Below are positions 27,367-34,085 of a stretch of DNA of 34,085 bases, piece after piece; the first letter of the stretch is position 1; every line of letters starts with the position of its first letter. The notes below the pieces were generated by a model that was not told the DNA's origin, did no database searches, and was given only the letters and a program-made list of their open reading frames with translations. The stretch lies in the sequence record SRR31156797_12395; one strand, 5' to 3'. The position numbers and the translations under genes are program-made.

Positions 27367-28692
27367 TTAGTCTTTAACACAACGAACCTGGTACCCACTA
27401 GCTTTACCTGTATCTTCACCCCAAAGATTGTAAGATTCATTGGATAAGCCCCATTTATAAGCATACTCACTATCAGACTCAGTTAAACTCCACCATGCAG
27501 CACCTCCTTCTCCTTCAAATTCACCTGTACTCATTCGGAAGCCCGCAGGAATCGCATTAAAACCAGATCTATTATTATCTTCTTGATTATTACCAACTCT
27601 TCCGTATTCCTCGATCTGTGCAAAAAAACTCGGACCTACAGGTTCCTCTTCAACATATTCTTCCCAACCTTTGTGTGCAGCTATTGCTTTACCAATATAA
27701 CCTCCTGTATTTTGCAAGTATTCAACAAGTTCGGTCCATTCTGTATTATCGGGAACATGCCAACCATCCGGACATACTCCTTGAACTTGATTACCTTCTG
27801 TTATGGTTGCTCCATTCACTGTCGCTCCATAAGTGTACAAAGCACCATATTCCAATGCGTTATTATTATTAAAATAGCAATATGCTTTTGATGTGTTACT
27901 ATTTTCCAAATTATTCCAAGAAAGCTCTGAGGTAACATTGGGAATTGGGTTTCCATTCGAATAAGTTGTGGTATTCAGGTTTTCAGCCATCCACCACTGA
28001 TTACCAATTTGTACAATTGGGTAAGGGTTATTATCTCCATCAATACAATCGAAAAAATTCGTTGTTATTGTTTTAGTTGCAGAAGGAATTTCATTAACAA
28101 CAGTGCTCAAATTACCTGATTTTAACAAATAGGAAATTCTATCACCAGAAGAGTAGGTTAATACATTATTTGACTTAGATTTTAATAAATAAGGATCATC
28201 TTTTAAAATGGTGGTTTCTATAATGCTATTGACGCTTGGTTTCTCTTGTATAATTTTACAACTAAAATTGTTTTTGGGAGTTATAACATGAACCAAATAT
28301 AGTCCAGGCTTAGCTATTGATAATTTAAATTGATTGATTCCAATTTCAAAAAACACCTTCTTCGATACTATTATTTTTCCGGATAGATTTGCTATCTGAA
28401 CAAAACCTTTTGTTTGGTGGCTTGACCTATAATTCAGATTAGTTTGGGTAGAATAAGGGTTAGGTACAATTGTAGCTTTAGGGAAAGATTTATCTGTATC
28501 AATATCAGTTGTAATTTGACTGAGTATTAACGATTCGCTTCCTCCAATTGTTAGCATCTGATCTGTAGAAAGATTAGTAACAATCACTTCATCAATATCA
28601 AACAAATTACCCTAGGACGCAAAGTTAATTTCTATATCCTGAGCGGATAATTTCGTAGTAAATAGGGCTAGAATTATTAATATCCATTTCAT
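27367..28692 (-). pseudogene. FISUMP (Fib_succ_major) domain exported protein with an in-frame TAG at codon 27
   Basis: ATG 28692 gives MKWILIILALFTTKLSAQDIEINFAS*GNLFDIDEV..., in frame with the 412-aa ORF; TAG at 28614-28612. FISUMP motifs QIGNQWWMAENL, YGALY, CPDGWHVP, SGFNAIPAG and VRCVKD. Confidence 0.78.
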
Positions 28693-29039
28693 AGTAATTA
28701 GGCTTTAAATAATGAACTAGCAATATAATTAGACTAGGTAGGCGAATCAATAATTGAGTTTCGAACTTTGATGACTTTATGGAAAATAAAGATAAACACA
28801 TCTTTATAGCTGATATGTGTAAATATCAAATACGTAAAATTAGAGAATCAGAGTTGTAATGTAATTTTTAGAAGCAGGAAATTGTGTGTAAATCGTATTG
28901 TCTGTGAATTATTATTGAAGATATAAGACAATTGATTTTATATGATATTCAGTATGTTAATAAAGTAACAGTAATTGATTATGTATGAAACAGGCAAGTA
29001 AGAATGTAAAGACTACAGTACGTATCTTGAAAAACTAAA

Positions 29040-29074
29040 AAAAGGCTGAACGAATTGAAAGTTCAGCCTTAAAT
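29040..29074. repeat. 35-bp hairpin/terminator, copy 2 of a direct repeat; terminates the DUF3857 operon
   Basis: AAAAGGCTGAACGAATTGAAAGTTCAGCCTTAAAT with a T-tail on the minus strand. Confidence 0.88.
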
Positions 29075-29088
29075 TAATCTTATAGTAT

Positions 29089-30990
29089 TTATTGAATCTT
29101 TTTTAGGATAGCCATTACGCTATCGCTTTTTTTAATTTTTGCATAGAAGGCTCTGAATTCATTGTATTCTTCAGCAGGAAACAGCCCGCTATTCATCTCC
29201 AATGAACGAATGTAGATAATGTTATCTCCCTCCACTTTTGTTTCCGATACATAAGAGCCATATTTATTTTCGTAGTTTTCTTTGTTCGGAAGTACTTCAA
29301 TTTCGTAACCTTTAGGAATATTGTAGCTTACCGTATCAATCTGACAATATTCAGAAGGTTTACGGATATTGTAAAATCGCTTTTTTATTTTTCTGGGTAC
29401 ATAGGTCCATTTACTTGCCAGGTTTAAAGGAACAAATAAACGTGAACCGCTTTTAGATGCATAGTTATTTAGTTTGAGATCAATCTTTTCATCTAATTTA
29501 GGGTGACTGCTGTATTGGGCATCTAAATCAAAACTGTTGATGATAAAATTGGGTATATCAAAATCTTTGTACAGCATTTTTAATTGCGATTCTTTATCCT
29601 CTGTGGTAAGGCGATGTTTTTCGTCATATTCCAAACCTGTATATATAGAATTAACAACTGCTTCACAGTCGCCGGACTCTTGAATAGTTACAGTGGTATT
29701 TCGAACAACTTTATTTTCATTTTTATCATACTTAGGTGTTTTGGTTAATATACCACCATCTTCAGTAATTAATAATACATGCCTGTTGTCTGTAAAATCC
29801 CCAAGAAAACCACAAGGCATAGTTTGGCTTGTGCACTCCAGCCAAATTGTGTCTGTTGCCAAAGGCACGCATAAAATGATATGGTTTCCCTGATGCGATA
29901 CAAAATTAGGATCATAACTGTAGCTATAACTTCCAGCTTTTACAGCTGTACAATATGATTTTATACCTGCATACTTTAGTATTGCTGACATGTAATTAGA
30001 TAAAGCCTTACAATCTCCATAACCATTCAAAGCAACTGTTTCAGCAGGAAAGGTTTGTATACCTCCAATTCCAATTGATATATTTACATATCGAGTATGC
30101 GATTGCATATATTTATATAATGAACTGACTTTTGAAAATTCTGTAGTGCAAGTATCTAATATTGCATCAATCTCAGCTTTTTTCTCATCAGGTAATTCAT
30201 CTCGATTTTTGTTGAGGCGAAAAAGAAAGTCTCCATAACTTTTCCAAGAATCGGTTTTTCCTTCAAAGTTATCATAGGTAAATGTTTCTAATCCCACCCT
30301 AAGGAATGGGGCAAAAGATGAAGCAGAGGGGCGGTAGGGCTCGTTATGAAATGGTTTTAAATTCTTTAATTCCCATTTATAAGTGTTGCCGTTCTCTTCT
30401 TTTATAATGTCATCATTAAAATTATATTCTTTGTATTTGAATTGTAGAGAAGGATCAAATGATATTTCATAAGAGCTTTGAATAACAGATAAATTGTCTT
30501 CCCATAAAGGATACCAGCCTTCAATGCCATAGGTGTTGTTTTCTTCGTAAGAATAATCGTACTCTAAAGTGTATGGGTAAGAATTGTTATATGGCCTGCA
30601 CATTTTTCTTCGTAAATCAGAATACGCAGTTCCGTAGGTATCATACCCTTCATCTTTCCATTTATTTTTTGTCCATTTTTCAGTTTCAACACCCAAGGCA
30701 TTGTACATTGAGGCATTTAAAGTAAGTATGTTCGTATTTTTATTGTAATGAACAGCTTCCCAGGCTTTTCTTTCGCCTTTTTCATTAAGAACGGTAATGA
30801 CTTTGTGAACTGTAACTACGACTTTAGAAAGAGATAGGATTTCTACTTTTTTGTTTTCTTCACGAATAACAGCATTCGCTCCTTTTTTAAGGGAGTCTGG
30901 AATGGCTGCAATGTATTCTATTTTTATGTTTTTAGCTTGAACAGCTGATATGGTAAGGCATAAGATAATTAGAAAAAGTAGTTTGTTCAT
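29089..30990 (-). CDS. DUF3857 plus transglutaminase-like domain protein, catalytic Cys present
   Basis: Signal peptide; ANAVIR N-domain; RYVNISIGIGG, GYGDCKALS, NHIILCV and WLECT motifs. Confidence 0.87.
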   Translation of the reverse strand: MNKLLFLIILCLTISAVQAKNIKIEYIAAIPDSLKKGANAVIREENKKVEILSLSKVVVTVHKVITVLNEKGERKAWEAVHYNKNTNILTLNASMYNALGVETEKWTKNKWKDEGYDTYGTAYSDLRRKMCRPYNNSYPYTLEYDYSYEENNTYGIEGWYPLWEDNLSVIQSSYEISFDPSLQFKYKEYNFNDDIIKEENGNTYKWELKNLKPFHNEPYRPSASSFAPFLRVGLETFTYDNFEGKTDSWKSYGDFLFRLNKNRDELPDEKKAEIDAILDTCTTEFSKVSSLYKYMQSHTRYVNISIGIGGIQTFPAETVALNGYGDCKALSNYMSAILKYAGIKSYCTAVKAGSYSYSYDPNFVSHQGNHIILCVPLATDTIWLECTSQTMPCGFLGDFTDNRHVLLITEDGGILTKTPKYDKNENKVVRNTTVTIQESGDCEAVVNSIYTGLEYDEKHRLTTEDKESQLKMLYKDFDIPNFIINSFDLDAQYSSHPKLDEKIDLKLNNYASKSGSRLFVPLNLASKWTYVPRKIKKRFYNIRKPSEYCQIDTVSYNIPKGYEIEVLPNKENYENKYGSYVSETKVEGDNIIYIRSLEMNSGLFPAEEYNEFRAFYAKIKKSDSVMAILKKIQ

Positions 30991-31021
30991 AGTTATTGTA
31001 ATCTTAGGTTATAAAAACAAA

Positions 31022-31047
31022 GAAGCATCCCAAAATTAGGATGCTTC
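31022..31047 (-). terminator. Intergenic hairpin between the two DUF3857 genes (weak terminator or mRNA stabiliser)
   Basis: GAAGCATCC-CAAAATTA-GGATGCTTC, followed on the minus strand by TTTGTTTTT. Confidence 0.65.
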
Positions 31048-31064
31048 GTAAAATATAAATGCAA

Positions 31065-33098
31065 TTAGTTTACCTTTTTCAATACAACTTGTTCTGCTTC
31101 TTTAGCAACAATCATTTCGTTGAATTTTCTCAAATTAGGATATTCTACCCCGGAGAAAATTGTTTGGTTAATTTGTTCCATATTTGTCAGCTGAATAGTG
31201 TTTTGTCCAATTTTATTTATGGCAAATACATATCTGGCTTTATTATCCGGTAATGCAGTAATCATTTGCTCAGGCAGTTCATCAATAGTATATCCTTCCG
31301 GTATAGTCAGTGTTATAATAATCTGCTCTTTGGTTGGATAATTATAGTCTACCGGATAAACTCTTTCCTCTCGTTTAAAAATATTTTCAACGGCTCTGTT
31401 GATTACTTTCGGATTTAAAAATACCATATCTCCAGCCTGACTTACTCTGTTTTTTAGAACAATATCCGATTTAATAATAATAGGTTTGTCGATGCTGTCT
31501 ACATTCTCAATAGTAAATTCGCTTATTTCAGCGTCTTTTAAATCCTCCTCAATATATTTAATAAACTTTTCTTCCGACTCTTTGCTTTTATAAGCTTTGC
31601 GTGCCTGAACTGCAGCATAATTTATTCCCTGATAGGTTAAGCTTCCGTTTAAGTTCAGTTCTTCATCCATTTTTAGGTTAACCATATAAATTTCGGTTTT
31701 CGGTGTACGGCTGTACAAATCAACCCAGTCACCCATTCCTTCTCTAACAAGTCGGCCTCTGCCGTTTAAGCAATAGGATGGTAATAGGTTAAATGGACAG
31801 TTACCTTCGGTTGCATCCATTAATAAATACTGTCCATCAATACTAACGGCCGTAATAACATGATTGAATTGAGTTAGACTTACCAAGCCGGGGCGCACCA
31901 TTCCATGTTTACGTGTACTGATAATTACAGGATAAGCATCAAGACCAAGTTTTTTACATAGTGCTACCAGATTCATGTTAATATCAGCAGAAGAACCTTT
32001 GGCATCCATGTAGGCCTTTCTAATAGAGGTTGTAGGATAGATTCTGAAAGCTTCGTTCCAGGCCATTCTTTTAGAAATATGATTGTAAGCTAAGCATGCT
32101 TTTTCAACAGGTGTTGAGGCTTTTGAAGAAATAGTTTCGGAAATATCATTTAAAAATGCATTTCCCTTTAACGCACCTCCAAATTTTTCAGTATTTAAAA
32201 GTGTATGGTTTATTTTTGCCCAGGTTGAAGTGTAACTTTTATAAACAGACCATGGGTATCTTGTAGATTGTAATTCAAATTGTACAGAGGAGATATAATC
32301 TCTAGCAGTAGTAATGTAAGGTTCGTTTTTAAAGGCAGGAACATCTTTTGCAACATATTTCATATGTGTTACTTTAGCTTCAAAATTTACATTTTGCCCT
32401 GGTGTTCTTCCATTTTGGTCTATTCTGGCTTCAGTTCGAAATGAAAAAGTTTCATGAGTTTCTTTTTCTGTTTTATTTATCATGATATAGCCTTCAACCC
32501 AGTTTTTGTAATTATACCATTCGATTACATCTACATTATATTCTGAATAAAGTGTTGGTATATCATCTTGGAAATCCCATGATTGCAGGTTAAAAATAAA
32601 TGGACTTTGGATTTGATAACTTAAATCGATAATGGAACCTTCTTTAACATTGGGACAGGCAATATTAATTACATCGTGATTTTTGTCTAGTTCTTTTTTG
32701 AAGATGTTTTTGTTGCTAAGTTTTGTTTTCTCTAACTTGCCATCTTTCATATTATAAACAAAGCCCTTAATACCTACTGCTTTTTCTTCATCGCCAGTTC
32801 CATCTTTATACAGGTAAAATTTAAAATCTCCTTTATTGAAGGCTTCTTTATCAAACACTTTAATTCGAACATGTTTTTGGAAGATCGTTGTAATGTCAGA
32901 TTCGGTTATTCTAAATTCGGTGTTGCCGAGTGCTCCTAGAACAACAGCGCTTGCATTACTATCAATCGGGCAACTGGTCATAGCAATTTCTTCAGCAGAA
33001 ATTTTACCATAACGCATAAAATCTTTATCTGCTAATATGTTTCCCGAAAAGATGAATGAAATGAGCGTAACAAGAGCACAAAGTTTAAGAGTTTTCAT
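31065..33098 (-). CDS. DUF3857 plus transglutaminase-like domain protein lacking the catalytic Cys
   Basis: Signal peptide; NVKEGSII, WDFQDDIP, VPAFKNEPY, KGSSADIN, FNHVI and LMDAT motifs. Confidence 0.87.
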   Translation of the reverse strand: MKTLKLCALVTLISFIFSGNILADKDFMRYGKISAEEIAMTSCPIDSNASAVVLGALGNTEFRITESDITTIFQKHVRIKVFDKEAFNKGDFKFYLYKDGTGDEEKAVGIKGFVYNMKDGKLEKTKLSNKNIFKKELDKNHDVINIACPNVKEGSIIDLSYQIQSPFIFNLQSWDFQDDIPTLYSEYNVDVIEWYNYKNWVEGYIMINKTEKETHETFSFRTEARIDQNGRTPGQNVNFEAKVTHMKYVAKDVPAFKNEPYITTARDYISSVQFELQSTRYPWSVYKSYTSTWAKINHTLLNTEKFGGALKGNAFLNDISETISSKASTPVEKACLAYNHISKRMAWNEAFRIYPTTSIRKAYMDAKGSSADINMNLVALCKKLGLDAYPVIISTRKHGMVRPGLVSLTQFNHVITAVSIDGQYLLMDATEGNCPFNLLPSYCLNGRGRLVREGMGDWVDLYSRTPKTEIYMVNLKMDEELNLNGSLTYQGINYAAVQARKAYKSKESEEKFIKYIEEDLKDAEISEFTIENVDSIDKPIIIKSDIVLKNRVSQAGDMVFLNPKVINRAVENIFKREERVYPVDYNYPTKEQIIITLTIPEGYTIDELPEQMITALPDNKARYVFAINKIGQNTIQLTNMEQINQTIFSGVEYPNLRKFNEMIVAKEAEQVVLKKVN

Positions 33099-33209
33099 GG
33101 TTTAAATGAAGTTTAGGATTTTTAATTGTAATTAATTATTCACAAAAATTACATAATTATTTCACTATTCCAATTGTTTGAAAGAGAATTATTTAAAAAA
33201 ATACATATG

Positions 33210-33217
33210 CAAATATA
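33210..33217 (-). promoter_or_regulatory. -7 element for the DUF3857 operon
   Basis: Minus-strand TATATTTG. Confidence 0.55.
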
Positions 33218-33279
33218 TAAATTGTATGAAGGGTTTGTTTTTAATAAAATGTAAGATAGGATGTTATAGTGGGAGATTG

Positions 33280-33969
33280 TTATTTGACACTAATTTCGAG
33301 AGTTCCTAACTCTCTATAATCGGCTCTGTAATTTCCTTTTTGTAATTCTAAAATACTACCTAAAGCACCAGTTATGATCAACTGACCTTTTTTCGGATGA
33401 TAACCATGTTTAATAGATAGGTTGATTGCAGTAGAAAGTGCTTCCCACTGATTACCCATAGCTTCTATGGCATTGCCAGTGTTTATCAGATTGTCATTGA
33501 GGTACAGTTGAGCAGTACAGGTATTCGGATTAATGCTATGCGCTGCTATTTTTTCTCCAACGACATAATGAGAGCTAAAACCATTATTGGCAATAACGTC
33601 GGTAGGAGGTAAGCTGCCAGCGTCTGTAATAGTTATGTTTGGAATTTCGAATACCGGCAATATTTCACTTACCAAATCCTTAACAGATTCGCTGTTGGTA
33701 AGCTCTGAGATGTCCTTGCCTAAAATAAAGCCTATTTCTGTTTCAATTTTCGCCTGTTGAAATGAAGCTAATTCAATTGTGGCATTGTTTTTAATTTCTC
33801 CTTCTGAAAAGAGAACGCCTGAAATTAATGTGGGCAAGCCTAATTTTTTTTGAGCTTCCTTTGCAGAAACAGCAGCTTTAAAGCCACCAATTGTTTTTGT
33901 ACTCAGTATTTCAGAAACCAATTTGGCCTGGTCTTCATATGCTTTGTCAATTTTATCTTTTGAGATCAT
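33280..33969 (-). CDS. MhpD-like (2-keto-4-pentenoate hydratase / FAH superfamily) protein
   Basis: AYEDQ, GFKAA, IETEIGF, DVIANN and GQLIITGAL resemble the MhpD motifs AY..Q, GYK, E.E.AF, IADN and G..V.TG. Confidence 0.78.
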   Translation of the reverse strand: MISKDKIDKAYEDQAKLVSEILSTKTIGGFKAAVSAKEAQKKLGLPTLISGVLFSEGEIKNNATIELASFQQAKIETEIGFILGKDISELTNSESVKDLVSEILPVFEIPNITITDAGSLPPTDVIANNGFSSHYVVGEKIAAHSINPNTCTAQLYLNDNLINTGNAIEAMGNQWEALSTAINLSIKHGYHPKKGQLIITGALGSILELQKGNYRADYRELGTLEISVK

Positions 33970-34085
33970 AGTTTTATTTGTTTAATTTCTCTCAAAGAAA
34001 ACTAATTTATAAAGAATGTATATGTTTTTTGCTTTCGATCTTTTAATAACCTGATTTCGACATAAAATTTCGGATTCAGAACGCT

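Noticed and set aside
27367-27500. Diversity-generating retroelement variable region at the FISUMP C-terminus
   Set aside because: No template repeat or reverse transcriptase is visible in the window.
28612-28614. Pyrrolysine or genome-wide TAG recoding
   Set aside because: TAG is a normal stop for several conserved genes here, and no pyl genes are present.
19157-31253. Short ORFs overlapping lpxB, mnmA, SixA-like, phosphoesterase, FISUMP and DUF3857 genes
   Set aside because: Shadow ORFs inside confidently assigned genes.

Overview
AT-rich Bacteroidota chromosomal window. TAnnTTTG promoters, gldFG, T9SS cargo and pheT without pheS point to a marine gliding lineage such as Marinilabiliales (inference). 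Most of it is housekeeping: partial gap, dapA, nitroreductase, Ldh_2 oxidoreductase, pheT, surE, lpxB, gldF-gldG-DUF4340-dnaN, mnmA, a SixA-like phosphatase, a phosphoesterase and a DUF3857/transglutaminase pair. The most interesting part is 3.4-11.4 kb. It holds a candidate GU-rich small RNA; seven TTCAC/GTGAA sites on an exact 11-bp lattice; a T9SS-secreted GH81 beta-1,3-glucanase with an apparently circularly permuted CBM32 insert; a degenerate 23-bp tandem array; and a kinase-less propeller/Y_Y_Y/LuxR membrane sensor, with no susC/susD in the window. A FISUMP-domain gene interrupted by an in-frame TAG sits between two near-identical 35-bp hairpin direct repeats. An unannotated 43-aa lipoprotein has an ECF-type promoter. 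No rRNA, tRNA, CRISPR array, transposase or reverse transcriptase was recognised. All family calls come from motif recognition by eye, not database searches.
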